This document shows positions 1-10,724 of a stretch of DNA of 64,000 nt, in pieces. The first letter of the stretch is position 1, and each line of letters opens with the position of its first letter. The translations under genes and the position numbers were made by a program. The notes under the pieces are model-generated. The model ran no database searches, had not been told where the DNA came from, and saw only the letters and a list, made by a program, of their open reading frames with translations. Location of the stretch: NCBI GenBank assembly GCA_024231215.1, contig JAAEQR010000072.1, positions 129,210-193,209 of the forward strand, read 5' to 3'. This DNA is from PVC group bacterium. GTDB lineage: Bacteria; Omnitrophota; Gorgyraeia; B26-G9.

Positions 1-1
1 A

Positions 2-136
2 GAAAACGAAGAAGAGGATATAAAACGGATTACTGAACAGATCGCAAAAGTCATTGAATTGTATGTAAAAAAATATCCGCAGCAGTGGTTTATGTTTAGT
101 GAATTCTGGAATCCGGAAAAGGTGGAAATACTCTAA
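2..136 (+). CDS. 3' end of lysophospholipid/lipid A acyltransferase family protein (partial)
   Basis: Open frame from window edge ending ...IELYVKKYPQQWFMFSEFW..., matching the P.QW.W-like C-terminal motif of LpxL-family acyltransferases. Confidence 0.7.
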   Translation, partial: ENEEEDIKRITEQIAKVIELYVKKYPQQWFMFSEFWNPEKVEIL

Positions 137-139
137 GGG

Positions 140-808
140 ATGAAATACTGCGCGTTACTTCCCGCATATAATGAAGAGCAAACAATTGCCGAACTCGTAA
201 AAGATATCCGGGATTATGGACTGGATGTTATTGTGGTTGATGACGGATCGACTGATGATACGGTTGCGGTTGCACAAGAAAATAAAGCCGTTGTATTAAC
301 TCACAATAATAATTCGGGCAAAGGCAAAGCTTTACGTACGGGATTTGATCACATCATTGGCAAAGAATATGATGGTGTGATTATTATGGATGCTGATGGT
401 CAGCATTCTCCTTCGGAAATCAATGAATTCCTGAAGGCAGCAGGTGAATCTAAAGCGGGAATTATCCTCGGTAACCGTATGCAGCATCCAGAAGGCATGC
501 CGTTTGTAAGACGGATGACTAATAAACTTACTTCGTCTGTTGTATCTTCAATCCTTGGGTATGAAATTCCTGATAGTCAGTGCGGATTTAGGTTGATTAA
601 GACAGATGTGCTTAGGAAGCTTGATCTTTTTACGATAAAATATGATACAGAAACAGAAATTTTATTGGAAGCTAGCCGCAATGGATTTAATATTGAATCG
701 GTTCCGATAAGGACTGTTTATTTAAATCAAAAAAGCAAGATTAATCCGCTTATAGATACAATGCGTTTTTGGCTTTTAATTTTTAAGAACATACTTAGGA
801 AAAAATGA
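140..808 (+). CDS. GT2 glycosyltransferase, polyprenol-phosphate mannose synthase-like
   Basis: PAYNE, VVDDGSTD, GKG, DADGQH, DSQCGFR motifs. Confidence 0.9.
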   Translation: MKYCALLPAYNEEQTIAELVKDIRDYGLDVIVVDDGSTDDTVAVAQENKAVVLTHNNNSGKGKALRTGFDHIIGKEYDGVIIMDADGQHSPSEINEFLKAAGESKAGIILGNRMQHPEGMPFVRRMTNKLTSSVVSSILGYEIPDSQCGFRLIKTDVLRKLDLFTIKYDTETEILLEASRNGFNIESVPIRTVYLNQKSKINPLIDTMRFWLLIFKNILRKK

Positions 809-1461
809 ATCTTAATTTTGAAACATTACGTAAGTCGATGGTTCAAGAACAAATTTGTAGACGTGGTATTACAGATGAACGTGTTCTGGATGCGTTTTCA
901 GATGTGGAAAGACACGAATTTGTCCCGGCTGAACTTGAAACTTCTGCTTATGAAGATTGTCCTCTTCCGATCGGTAGTGGACAGACTATTTCCCAGCCGT
1001 TTATGGTTGCATTGATGAGTGAACTGCTTGGTTTAAAAGGGTATGAGCGTGTATTGGAAATTGGTACGGGAAGTGGTTATCAGACGGCAATTTTAGCGCA
1101 TTTGGCCAAGGAGGTATATTCAATAGAAAGGATACCAAAGTTGGCATTAGCGGCAAAAGAACGTCTAAATGAGCGTGGATATTGTAATGTTTGGGTTGAA
1201 ACTGGTGATGGTACAGAGGGGCTTAATGTATATAGTCCGTATGATGCAATAATTGTTACGGCTGCGGCTCCGGATGTTCCGGCATCTTTATTAAGTCAGT
1301 TAAAACCTGGGGGGAAGATGGTGATTCCGGTGGGAGGCAGGCAGAGCCAGATGTTAACAATTTATGAAAAGAAAGAATCAGGTGTTTCAACCAGAGATGT
1401 ATGCGCTTGTGTTTTTGTGCCTCTATTGGGCAGGGAAGGATGGAAAGTTAACAATGAGTGA
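805..1461 (+). CDS. pcm: protein-L-isoaspartate O-methyltransferase
   Basis: GQTISQP, VLEIGTGSGYQTA, PYDAIIVTAAA motifs. Confidence 0.95.
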   Translation: MNLNFETLRKSMVQEQICRRGITDERVLDAFSDVERHEFVPAELETSAYEDCPLPIGSGQTISQPFMVALMSELLGLKGYERVLEIGTGSGYQTAILAHLAKEVYSIERIPKLALAAKERLNERGYCNVWVETGDGTEGLNVYSPYDAIIVTAAAPDVPASLLSQLKPGGKMVIPVGGRQSQMLTIYEKKESGVSTRDVCACVFVPLLGREGWKVNNE

Positions 1462-1939
1462 AGTAATTATTGAGTTTTTTAAGACGCTTTTACCTCCTGA
1501 AGGGATGATCGTTGCGATTTCCGCAATGCCGGTTGTTGAGTTAAGATTAGCTATTCCCGTGGGGATTGTGATGGGGATGATTCCGTTAAAAGTTTTTTTT
1601 CTTTCAATTATCGGGAATCTAATACCGGTCTTGCCGTTATTATATATGCTTGAGCCTCTTTCAAATAAACTGCGTAAAATAGGAATATTTAAGAAGTTTT
1701 TTGACTGGTTGTTTGAGCGTACAAAAAAGCGGGCTAAGCTTGTGGAAAAGTATGAGTTATTGGGGCTTATTGCGCTTGTGGCTATTCCGTTGCCGATGAC
1801 CGGAGCCTGGACTGGATGTATGGCTGCTTCGTTGTTCGGCTTAGATAAAAAGCTTTCCTTTTTTGCGGTCACGGTTGGGGTTCTTATTGCCGGGGTGATC
1901 GTTTCTATTATTACTTTGGGGGTTAGGGGGATTTTTTAA
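1454..1939 (+). CDS. small multidrug export family membrane protein (COG2426-like)
   Basis: PVVELRLAIP and IPLPMTGAWTG motifs, hydrophobic; ATG at 1454 preferred over 1364. Confidence 0.85.
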   Translation: MSEVIIEFFKTLLPPEGMIVAISAMPVVELRLAIPVGIVMGMIPLKVFFLSIIGNLIPVLPLLYMLEPLSNKLRKIGIFKKFFDWLFERTKKRAKLVEKYELLGLIALVAIPLPMTGAWTGCMAASLFGLDKKLSFFAVTVGVLIAGVIVSIITLGVRGIF

Positions 1940-1948
1940 TTTTTTATT

Positions 1949-3961
1949 ATGTTTGTTCAAGTCACGGTAAATTTACCTTTAAAGAATATATTTGATTACT
2001 CTGTTCCGCAACATTTGGAAGATTCAGTGGATGTTGGTAAACGGGTATGGGTTCCTTTCCGTAATCGTGTTATTGTCGGCTGTATAATTAATATTAATTC
2101 CAACACAAATATTCGTAATACAAAAGCAATAAAAGAAGTTATTGATGAGACTCCACTTCTATCCGATGATATTCTGAGGTTAACTCATTGGATGGCTGAT
2201 TACTATTTTTGTTCCTGGGGAGAGGCGATAGAAGCGGCAATCCCCAGTCCGTTTAAAAAGGGAAAAACTTCAATCCGGACCAAGATAGCAGAATCTGATT
2301 TTTTAACTTCTGAACATCCAGATGATTTGGTGCGTGAGGATATGTTAACTCTGCATCAGAATAAAGCGCTTACCGAGATTATTAACCATATTAAGACCGG
2401 AGAGTACGGAGCATATCTTTTGCACGGGATCACAGCGAGCGGAAAAACAGAGGTGTATTTTCGGGCGATAGAGGCGGCATTAAAAAAAAATAAAACAGCA
2501 ATTGTTTTTGTGCCGGAAATAGCGCTTACCCCGCAGACGATCGAACGTTTTATTCACAGATTCGGCAAAGATGCAATTGCGATTACGCATAGCCGGTTAA
2601 GTAATAGTGAAAAATTCGTGGAATGGCAGAGGATAAAAAATGGTGAAGTAAAAATAATGATCGGGCCTCGTTCGGCTATTTTTAGTTCTTTGGAAAATAT
2701 CGGGGTGATTGTGGTGGACGAAGAGCATGAGAACACTTATAAACAGGAAGATGTTCCTCGTTATAATTTGGTAACCACAGCGATTAAACGTGCGCAGATC
2801 ACAAAAGCGGTAGTGATCTTAGGAAGTGCTACCCCTTCTTTGGAATCAACATATAAAGCTCAAACAGGAATCATTAAACGAATTGAACTTCCCGAACGGA
2901 TAAAGGGTAGTGATTTACCAACTGTGCAAATTGTTGATATGCGGGAGCAGTCCAGGATATTAAAACGCCGGCCGATAATCTCCAAGGTTATGGAAGATAA
3001 TATTAATCGCTCTTTACAGAAAAAAGAGCAGGTTATTCTTTTTCTTAATCGGAGGGGGTTTTCCACGTTTATACACTGTTCCAAGTGCGGCTATGTAGTG
3101 CATTGTAAACGCTGTAGCACAGCTTTGGTACATCATTTTGATAGAGAGAGTTTGATTTGTCATCATTGTGATTATAAAACATCTTTACCCAAGATGTGTC
3201 CGGAATGTAATGGCGATTATCTGCGTTATTTTGGGACAGGAACCCAAAAAGTAGAAAGTGAACTGCATCGCTTATTTCCAAATGCCAGGATTGGGCGTAT
3301 GGACTCAGATACCTTGGCGAAAAAAACAGCGCATTTTGAAGCATTTAAAGATTTTAAATCCAGAAAAATAGATGTTATGGTTGGGACTCAGGTGCTGGCC
3401 AAAGGACTTGATTTTCCTAATGTTACTCTGGTGGGTGTAATTTCTGCGGATGTAACTTTAAATATTCCTGATTTCAGAGCATCAGAGCGTACTTTTTCTT
3501 TGCTTACACAGGTGGCTGGAAGAGCGGGAAGAGGTAAAGCCCCGGGAAAAGTTATAATTCAAACATATACACCCGAGCATTATGCGATCCAGTGCGCACT
3601 TAAGCATGACTATGATAGTTTTTATGAGCAGGAAATGGTTTTTAGAAAACAATTGAAACTTCCACCGTATATCAATATGGCAGCTTTGAATTTGCGTTCG
3701 AAAAAAGAGCAGAGTGTAATAAAAACAGCTGAAGTCTTAGCAAATATGTTACGCAAGCATAATAAAGCGGATAAAATGATTATTATGGGGCCGTCACCGT
3801 TACCTATTTATAAATTGCGTGGTTATTTTCGCTGGTCGATAGTTGTTAAACATAGTGATGCTTTAACAATAAATAAATTTTTAAGAATGTGTCTTGGGCG
3901 ATGGAAGGTTCCGGCGCAGGTTAAGCTGGCGGTGGATGTAGATCCGAGAATGATTATGTAG
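1949..3961 (+). CDS. priA: primosomal protein N'
   Basis: GITASGKTEVY, VPEIALTPQ, DEEHE, four CxxC zinc motifs, QVAGRAGR. Confidence 0.97.
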   Translation: MFVQVTVNLPLKNIFDYSVPQHLEDSVDVGKRVWVPFRNRVIVGCIININSNTNIRNTKAIKEVIDETPLLSDDILRLTHWMADYYFCSWGEAIEAAIPSPFKKGKTSIRTKIAESDFLTSEHPDDLVREDMLTLHQNKALTEIINHIKTGEYGAYLLHGITASGKTEVYFRAIEAALKKNKTAIVFVPEIALTPQTIERFIHRFGKDAIAITHSRLSNSEKFVEWQRIKNGEVKIMIGPRSAIFSSLENIGVIVVDEEHENTYKQEDVPRYNLVTTAIKRAQITKAVVILGSATPSLESTYKAQTGIIKRIELPERIKGSDLPTVQIVDMREQSRILKRRPIISKVMEDNINRSLQKKEQVILFLNRRGFSTFIHCSKCGYVVHCKRCSTALVHHFDRESLICHHCDYKTSLPKMCPECNGDYLRYFGTGTQKVESELHRLFPNARIGRMDSDTLAKKTAHFEAFKDFKSRKIDVMVGTQVLAKGLDFPNVTLVGVISADVTLNIPDFRASERTFSLLTQVAGRAGRGKAPGKVIIQTYTPEHYAIQCALKHDYDSFYEQEMVFRKQLKLPPYINMAALNLRSKKEQSVIKTAEVLANMLRKHNKADKMIIMGPSPLPIYKLRGYFRWSIVVKHSDALTINKFLRMCLGRWKVPAQVKLAVDVDPRMIM

Positions 3962-4565
3962 CGGGTCTGATGTTGTTGAATCCTTCTTCTATTACACCCA
4001 GAGCCGCAATGTCTTTGAGAATATTTTCCGCTTGGAGATTGTTGGGAGTGATTTCTAAAATCATTCTTGCTGTAAGTGTAGCTTTTGAATAGTCTTTTTC
4101 TGAAAAATAGATGTTGGCAAGTAATATTAGGGTTTTGAGATGATTTCTATTAATAAGCATGACTTCTTCAAGCGCAGTTTTTGCATGTTTTGTTTTATTC
4201 TGTTGCATGAAAAATGTTGCTAATTTATAGAAAGCTGATGTATTATCAGGATTAAGCAGTATGATTTGTTCCTGAATGGAAATAATAGATTTTTTTTTGC
4301 TTAATAAGATAGCATAAGTAACTTCTACGTTTAAAATAAAGGTTTGGATTATTTCCTTTATAAACGTTATTATCGAGAAAGAAGAAGATTTCTTTTTTTC
4401 TCTGGCAGTTGTCCAGAGGTTATGCAGGCAGGGAGTGTAGTCAGGATTAGTTGATAAAACCTGTTGAAATAACTCAAGAGCATAAGCATAATTTTTTTTC
4501 TTTAAGGCGGAAATGCCTTTTTCGTAGAACTGATTATCCTGTGCAGAAAGCATAGTATTATTCAT
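3954..4565 (-). CDS. TPR repeat protein
   Basis: TPR-like helices (YEKGISALKKKNYAYALELFQQVLSTNP); convergent with priA; start uncertain. Confidence 0.7.
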   Translation of the reverse strand: MNNTMLSAQDNQFYEKGISALKKKNYAYALELFQQVLSTNPDYTPCLHNLWTTAREKKKSSSFSIITFIKEIIQTFILNVEVTYAILLSKKKSIISIQEQIILLNPDNTSAFYKLATFFMQQNKTKHAKTALEEVMLINRNHLKTLILLANIYFSEKDYSKATLTARMILEITPNNLQAENILKDIAALGVIEEGFNNIRPAT

Positions 4566-4626
4566 GATATATAGTATTGTAGAGGAAACAGCGGTAGTTG
4601 TCAATTAGATAGCAATAAGGATTATT

Positions 4627-5571
4627 ATGAAAATTGTTTTTTTTGGGTCTTCGGAATTTGCCGTAGCCAGTTTGAATATGTTATTTAAATCACATGATGT
4701 CATGGCTATTGTTACTCAGCCGGACCGGGAAAAAGGCCGTAAACTACAGTTAAGTAAAACCCCGGTTAAAATTTGTGCGCAAAAAAATGACATAGAGATA
4801 TATCAGCCGGAAGATATTTGTGCAGAAGAAGCAATATCTAAACTTAAGAGCTATAATGCCGATTTATTTGTGGTGGTAAGTTTTGGCAGGATTTTAACTA
4901 AAGAAGTTTTAGAAATTCCTAAACTCTATTGTATTAATGTTCATGCTTCTTTGCTGCCGCGTTGGCGGGGCGCTTCTCCAGTCAACCGGGCAATCATAAA
5001 TAAAGACCAGACCACCGGCGTTAGTATTATCAGAATGAATGAACTTATGGATGCTGGGGATATATTGCTAACTAAGAGCTTGGAGATTGACCCGGAAGAT
5101 GATGCGGTTATTCTTATGCAAAAACTAGGAGGGCTAGGGGCAGAGGCGCTTTTAGAGGCGGTTAAAGTAATAGAAGGTGAGAAGGTTAGTTTTATCCAGC
5201 AGGATGAGACTTTAGTTACTATTGCTCATAAATTAAAAAAAACAGATGGGTTGATTGATTGGCAGGAAGAAGCTGAGTGTATTCATAATAAAGTTCGTGG
5301 GTTACTTCCTTGGCCGTGTGCTTATACATATTATAAAGGAAAGTTTCTTAAAATTCTTAAAACAAGGGTTGTTTGTCCTACTTCTGAACAGAAAGAGTAT
5401 TCTTCGGGAGAAATAATAGTCGCGGATCAGAAAGAGGGGATAAGTGTGGCTACGGGTAAAGAAATAATTGTGATTGAAATGTTACAACCAGAAGGTAAAC
5501 GAGTTATGTCTGCACAGGATTTTTTATTGGGGCATAAGGTTATAGTAGGAGATAAATTATGCCAGAGTTAA
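4627..5571 (+). CDS. fmt: methionyl-tRNA formyltransferase
   Basis: VTQPDR, NVHASLLPRWRGASP, MDAGDI motifs. Confidence 0.97.
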   Translation: MKIVFFGSSEFAVASLNMLFKSHDVMAIVTQPDREKGRKLQLSKTPVKICAQKNDIEIYQPEDICAEEAISKLKSYNADLFVVVSFGRILTKEVLEIPKLYCINVHASLLPRWRGASPVNRAIINKDQTTGVSIIRMNELMDAGDILLTKSLEIDPEDDAVILMQKLGGLGAEALLEAVKVIEGEKVSFIQQDETLVTIAHKLKKTDGLIDWQEEAECIHNKVRGLLPWPCAYTYYKGKFLKILKTRVVCPTSEQKEYSSGEIIVADQKEGISVATGKEIIVIEMLQPEGKRVMSAQDFLLGHKVIVGDKLCQS

Positions 5572-6584
5572 GAAAAGATCCTGTGATCGGGCGCTGGGTA
5601 ATAATATCTACAGAACGCGCTAAAAGGCCGCATGATTTTGTAACCAAAAATGAGGAGGCAGAATCGTCGCAAGATGACTGTCCTTTTTGTGAGGGAAAAG
5701 AAGATAAAACTCCTTTGGAGATAACTGCCCTTAGAGATGCCGAGAGTTCTTCAAATGGTCCAGGGTGGAAGGTTCGAGTTGTTCCGAGCCTGGCACCGCT
5801 TTTACAGATTGAAGGAGATATGGGCCGTCGAGGTAAGGGGATGTATGATCTTATGAACGGAATTGGGGCGCATGAGATTATTATTGATACTCCTGAGCAT
5901 ATTGCGAATATCGCGAATTTAGAAGAAGAGCAGATTGCACGTGTTTTTGGTGTATATACTAAACGCATGGAAGATTTAAAAGGGGATGATCGAATAAAAT
6001 ATGTCCTTATTTTTAAAAACCACGGGATTATTGCTGGGGCTAGTTCGATCAAGCATTCACGAACTCAGCTTATCGCAATGCCGGTTAATCCACGCCGGGT
6101 AAAAGAAGAATTGATTGGAGCGCGGCGGTACTATGAATATAAAAAGCGTTGTATTTTTTGTGATATGATACAGCAAGAAATAAAGACAAATGCCCGAATT
6201 ATTGCCAGAGAGGGAGGGTTTATTGCTTTAACTCCGTTTGCTTCCCGTTTTCCTTTTGAGATCATGGTATTACCCGAAGAGCATTCCTGTGATTTTTATC
6301 AATTGAAAAATACAAAGGGATTGGCAAAAGTAATGCGATCAGTGCTAAAAAAGTTATCAATTGGACTTAAGAACCCGCCGTATAATTATATTATTCATAC
6401 TGCTCCGTTTAGGAGAATGGCCTCAGCTGGGTATTGGAAGACGATTGATCAGGATTATCATTGGCATATTGAAATTATGCCGCGGCTTACAAAAATGGCT
6501 GGATTTGAATGGGGCAGTGGATTTTATATTAATCCGACATCGCCGGAAGCTGCGGCGGATTACTTGAAAGGCGTGGAGATATAA
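5559..6584 (+). CDS. galT: GalT-family uridylyltransferase paralog 1, HxH motif altered
   Basis: MPELRKDP, CPFC, GAHE, IFKNHG, HWHIEI, AGFEWGSG; HSRTQ in place of HPHSQ. Confidence 0.85.
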   Translation: MPELRKDPVIGRWVIISTERAKRPHDFVTKNEEAESSQDDCPFCEGKEDKTPLEITALRDAESSSNGPGWKVRVVPSLAPLLQIEGDMGRRGKGMYDLMNGIGAHEIIIDTPEHIANIANLEEEQIARVFGVYTKRMEDLKGDDRIKYVLIFKNHGIIAGASSIKHSRTQLIAMPVNPRRVKEELIGARRYYEYKKRCIFCDMIQQEIKTNARIIAREGGFIALTPFASRFPFEIMVLPEEHSCDFYQLKNTKGLAKVMRSVLKKLSIGLKNPPYNYIIHTAPFRRMASAGYWKTIDQDYHWHIEIMPRLTKMAGFEWGSGFYINPTSPEAAADYLKGVEI

Positions 6585-7591
6585 TGCAGCAATTTCGAAG
6601 GGATCCTATTCTTGGTAGATGGATTATAGTTCAATACGATAGGGAACAGGGGCCACAAAATTATCAATCACAAGCAATACAAAAGCAGAACAACCAAAAA
6701 GTATGTCCTTTTTGTGTTGGACACGAAGATAAAACCCCGGATGAAATATATATAGATCGTACTCCTCAGGTTAATTCCGAGGGGGAGGCTTGGAGCTTAC
6801 GGGTTATTGAAAATAAATTCCCTGCTTTACGGACAGAGGGAATTCCCAGCCGGCAGGGGTTGGGTATTTATGATCAAATTAATGGAGTTGGTGCGCATGA
6901 AGTAATAATTGAAACAGCTAATCATGATAAAGATATCTCAGATTTGACCATAGAGGAAGTAAAAAGGATAATTCTGGCTTATAAACATAGATGTATAGAG
7001 TTAAAGCAAGACAAGCGCCTGGAGTATGTTCTGATATTTAAAAATCACGGCAAAGGTGCGGGGGCATCTTTAGAACATGCACATTCTCAGTTAATTGCTT
7101 TACCGATTGTTCCGAAAAAGGTAAAGGAGGCGATGCTTGGGGCACAGAAATATTATGAATATAAAGAAAGGTGTGTGTTTTGTGACATTATTCAACAGGA
7201 GATCGAGTCAAAAGAGCGTATAGTTTTGGAAAATGATCTTTTTATTGCTTTTGCACCGTTTGCTTCAAGTTCACCGTTTGAAACTTGGATTATTCCTAAA
7301 AAACATAGCTCTCATTTTCATGATATTTCTGAGCAAAGTATTGGATCTGCAGCAGATATGTTAAGAGAGGTTTTAATAAGATTAAAAAAAGTATTGACAG
7401 ACCCGCCATTTAATTTTATTATTAACACTGCTCCTATTCAGCATGATGAGGAGCTTAATTTTTATCATTGGCATATAGAGATAGTGCCAAAGTTGACTAG
7501 GGCTGCTGGGTTTGAATGGGGAACTGGTTTTTATATCAACCCCAGCCCGCCGGAAAAGACCGCAAAATGGTTGCGGGATGTGAGGATTTGA
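6584..7591 (+). CDS. galT: galactose-1-phosphate uridylyltransferase paralog 2
   Basis: [20 protein letters not shown] intact, AGFEWGTG. Confidence 0.9.
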   Translation: MQQFRRDPILGRWIIVQYDREQGPQNYQSQAIQKQNNQKVCPFCVGHEDKTPDEIYIDRTPQVNSEGEAWSLRVIENKFPALRTEGIPSRQGLGIYDQINGVGAHEVIIETANHDKDISDLTIEEVKRIILAYKHRCIELKQDKRLEYVLIFKNHGKGAGASLEHAHSQLIALPIVPKKVKEAMLGAQKYYEYKERCVFCDIIQQEIESKERIVLENDLFIAFAPFASSSPFETWIIPKKHSSHFHDISEQSIGSAADMLREVLIRLKKVLTDPPFNFIINTAPIQHDEELNFYHWHIEIVPKLTRAAGFEWGTGFYINPSPPEKTAKWLRDVRI

Positions 7592-7605
7592 AAGGAGGAA
7601 GTGTA

Positions 7606-8613
7606 ATGGGAGTACGTATTGGTATTAATGGTTTTGGAAGAATCGGTCGTCATGTATTTAAAGTAGCACTTGAAAAGGGTGATCTTGAGGTTGTTGGAAT
7701 TAATGATCTTACAGATGCTAAAACATTAGCGCATCTTTTAAAATATGATTCTATTTTTGGTAGATATTCTAAATCTGTCAGTGTTGACGGTGATGCGATT
7801 GTGGTTGACGGTAAGAAAATCAAGATTACCGCAGAAAGAGATCCGAAGAAACTGCCTTGGAAAGATCTGAAAGTAGATGTTGTTATTGAGTCTACAGGCG
7901 TATTTAGAACTAAAGAGCAGTGTATGTGGCATATCGAAGCCGGTGCAAAAAAAGTTATCTTGACTGTACCGTCAAAAGATAAAGTAGATAATACAATTGT
8001 ACTTGGTGTTAATGATGATGATTTAAAGGCAGAAGACATTGTTGTATCTAATGCTTCTTGTACAACTAACTGTTTGGCCCCGGTTGCTAAAGTACTTAAT
8101 GACAGCTTTGGTGTTATTGAGGGGTTAATGACGACAATCCATTCTTATACCAATGATCAGAAGATTTTGGATTTTCCGCATCCTGATTTAAGAAGAGCAC
8201 GTGCAGCAGCGCTTTCTATGATTCCTACGACAACTGGAGCAGCAAAGGCAGTAGGTCTGGTTATTCCGGAGCTTAATGGAAAGTTAAACGGTATGGCCAT
8301 ACGCGTTCCGACACCGACTGGTTCTTTGGTTGATTTGGTGGTGAGATTGGAAAAAGATGCTTCAGTAGAAGAGATCAATGCAGCAGTGAAGAAAGCTGCA
8401 GATGGTCCGATGAAGGGGATTCTTAGCTACTGCGAAGATCCGATTGTATCTGCTGATGTAATCGGTGATACGCATTCTTCGGTTTTTGATGCACTGAGCA
8501 CTATGAAATTGGGTAATGGGTTTGTTAAAGTGCTTTCTTGGTACGATAATGAATGGGGATATTCCAATCGCGTAGTTGATTTGATTGGGCTTATTGCCAA
8601 AAAAGGATTGTAA
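7606..8613 (+). CDS. gap: type I glyceraldehyde-3-phosphate dehydrogenase
   Basis: [31 protein letters not shown]; AGGAGG RBS before ATG 7606. Confidence 0.98.
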   Translation: MGVRIGINGFGRIGRHVFKVALEKGDLEVVGINDLTDAKTLAHLLKYDSIFGRYSKSVSVDGDAIVVDGKKIKITAERDPKKLPWKDLKVDVVIESTGVFRTKEQCMWHIEAGAKKVILTVPSKDKVDNTIVLGVNDDDLKAEDIVVSNASCTTNCLAPVAKVLNDSFGVIEGLMTTIHSYTNDQKILDFPHPDLRRARAAALSMIPTTTGAAKAVGLVIPELNGKLNGMAIRVPTPTGSLVDLVVRLEKDASVEEINAAVKKAADGPMKGILSYCEDPIVSADVIGDTHSSVFDALSTMKLGNGFVKVLSWYDNEWGYSNRVVDLIGLIAKKGL

Positions 8614-8634
8614 TATTAAGAAACTATAAATATC

Positions 8635-8670
8635 AAGCGGGGAGAAGATTTTAACTTTTCCCCGCTTTTT
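8635..8670 (+). terminator. intrinsic terminator after gap
   Basis: AAGCGGGGAGAAG...CTTTTCCCGCTT stem followed by T-run. Confidence 0.85.
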
Positions 8671-8737
8671 TTATTTAAATTTTACTGATCCAGAACCTAA
8701 CGTGTAATTCAACATACAGTTACCTCCCATATATTAC

Positions 8738-8766
8738 TTGACAACAATTACAATATATGCTATCGT
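8738..8766 (+). promoter_or_regulatory. sigma70-type promoter of the secretin cluster
   Basis: TTGACA-17bp-TATCGT with extended -10 TG. Confidence 0.6.
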
Positions 8767-8889
8767 AAAATTGTTTAAAATGGGGGAGTACTATAGGCTC
8801 TTCCATAGGAAAAATTCTTGCCTTTTCCAGGGAAGGAACGTGTTTTATTTTTAAAAGGAGTTACTGTCTTAAATATTGAAGAGGTGAAC

Positions 8890-9135
8890 ATGGATGATAT
8901 TATGACCGCAATGGATGTGGTGAAAGAATTCAATATTTCTTATCAAACTTTAAATCACTATACCAATTTTGGTCTGCTTAATGCGGTTAAAAAAAGAGGC
9001 TTAGGGAATAAGCGCTTATATGCCGCATCCGAAGTAAAGAATAATCTTCAAAGAATCGATCAATTGAAAGAAAAAGGATATCCGTTAAAAATTATTGTCG
9101 AGATTCTAAAAGAGAATCATTCTGTTACTGTTTAG
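8890..9135 (+). CDS. small MerR-family HTH regulator
   Basis: DVVKEFNISYQTLNHYTNFGLL...GNKRLY...LKEKGYPLKII; GAGGTG RBS before ATG 8890. Confidence 0.8.
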   Translation: MDDIMTAMDVVKEFNISYQTLNHYTNFGLLNAVKKRGLGNKRLYAASEVKNNLQRIDQLKEKGYPLKIIVEILKENHSVTV

Positions 9136-9171
9136 GGAGTTTATTTAAAGACCTTTTAAAAGGGGTAAATT

Positions 9172-10032
9172 ATGAGTTATTACAAAATTCTAGGTTTTGA
9201 TAAGGAACCGTTTTCCACAAGTCCTGATCCGTCATTTTTTTATGAATCACGTGAGCATGAGAGGGCGTTAACTAATTTGATGATTGAATTACGGCTTAAG
9301 CGTGGTTTGTCTGTGATTTTAGGAGACGTTGGGACGGGAAAAACTACTTTGAGCCGTAAACTCTATCAGCTTATCCAATCACAGGATGCATTCATCTGTC
9401 ATATGATTCTTGATCCGGTATATAATGACGAAGAGATATTTTTGACTTCTCTGGTAAGGAATTTTGAGGTGGAGCCGAATAATTTCGGGCCGGCAATCTT
9501 AAATCTAAAAGAAGCATTGGAGAAATTTCTTTATCAGAAAGGCGTTGAGCAAAATCAGACCGTTGTTTTAATTATCGATGAAGCACAAAAGCTTAATGAA
9601 GTAAGCTTAGAATGCTTGCGTGTTTTATTGAATTATGAAACAAACGAGTTTAAACTCTTGCAATTGGTTTTGCTCGGTCAAATGGAATTACATTCCAAAA
9701 TAATAAACATTCCTAATTTTATAGACAGAATTAGTTTTAAATATACTCTAAATCCTTTGGATGTAGAAGAAGTAAGAAGGATGATTGAATTTCGAATACG
9801 ACAGGCTGGTTATCAGTCTAATATTCAACTGTTTTTAGACCGGGCGATTAAGGAGATCCATCGTAATACCGGGGGATATCCGCGTCGTATCAACATGTTA
9901 TGTCATAAACTTCTTAAACAGTTGGTGATGAAAAATCAGTTTGTAGTTGATGAAGCATTGGTTAAAGAAGTAGTAGAAGAAGAATTGCGGCAGGGACTGC
10001 ACTGGGTAAGACAGCCTTCGGTAGTGGCTTAA
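9172..10032 (+). CDS. ExeA/GspA/MshM-family AAA ATPase
   Basis: PFSTSPDP, GDVGTGKTT, IIDEAQ, LLGQ, GGYPRRIN. Confidence 0.92.
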   Translation: MSYYKILGFDKEPFSTSPDPSFFYESREHERALTNLMIELRLKRGLSVILGDVGTGKTTLSRKLYQLIQSQDAFICHMILDPVYNDEEIFLTSLVRNFEVEPNNFGPAILNLKEALEKFLYQKGVEQNQTVVLIIDEAQKLNEVSLECLRVLLNYETNEFKLLQLVLLGQMELHSKIINIPNFIDRISFKYTLNPLDVEEVRRMIEFRIRQAGYQSNIQLFLDRAIKEIHRNTGGYPRRINMLCHKLLKQLVMKNQFVVDEALVKEVVEEELRQGLHWVRQPSVVA

Positions 10033-10046
10033 ATAGGAAATGCGTT

Positions 10047-10724
10047 ATGGCCGATAAAAATGTTTCTCCGGAAAAACGTTTATTAAAGATAATTGAAGGG
10101 CAGCAGGATGAAGGGGCTGTGGCCTCAACGTTGAGGACCGGCAAGAAATATATGGCTCCTAGCAGTCTGAAGGGACGCTGGGCTTTTTTTAAAGAAAAAT
10201 TTAAAAAAGGCAACAAGACGGCAAAGAGGAAGTCTGCGCCTTGGGATATAAAAAAGGTTAATCAGGTCTTAAGTTTTAGTGTGGCATTGCTGTTTATAGG
10301 GTTTATATCTAGTATGCTTGTGGACTATTTTAATCTGAACAGCGATGATTTTGCAGTACCACAGATGGACTCAACTGCTCAGGCTACACCGATAAAGGGG
10401 CTTTCTTTGTTACAGCCTGAGGATCATTATTTACAGAAAGTAAGCGGACGCGATTTGTTCAAGTTTGGAGATATTGTAGTTGAGACGCCGGCTTTTCGTG
10501 AGGAGGATAAACCTCAGGTTTCGCGATTGCAAAGTTTAATGAAAGGGTTGAAACTAGTCGGGGTTTCCTGGGGGAAAGTTCCAGATGCGATTGTCGAGAA
10601 TGAAAGTGCAAATAAAACTTATTTTGTTAAAGCTGGATCGATGATTGAAGAAGCCACAGTAAAAAATATTTTTAAAGATAAAGTTGTTTTAGAACTTGAA
10701 GGAGAAGAGGCAGAGATAAGGTGA
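10047..10724 (+). CDS. bitopic GspC/PilP-like protein
   Basis: One TM segment; C-terminal LKLVGV...AIVE...TYFVKAG...VKNIFKDKVVL HR-like domain; directly upstream of a secretin. Confidence 0.65.
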   Translation: MADKNVSPEKRLLKIIEGQQDEGAVASTLRTGKKYMAPSSLKGRWAFFKEKFKKGNKTAKRKSAPWDIKKVNQVLSFSVALLFIGFISSMLVDYFNLNSDDFAVPQMDSTAQATPIKGLSLLQPEDHYLQKVSGRDLFKFGDIVVETPAFREEDKPQVSRLQSLMKGLKLVGVSWGKVPDAIVENESANKTYFVKAGSMIEEATVKNIFKDKVVLELEGEEAEIR

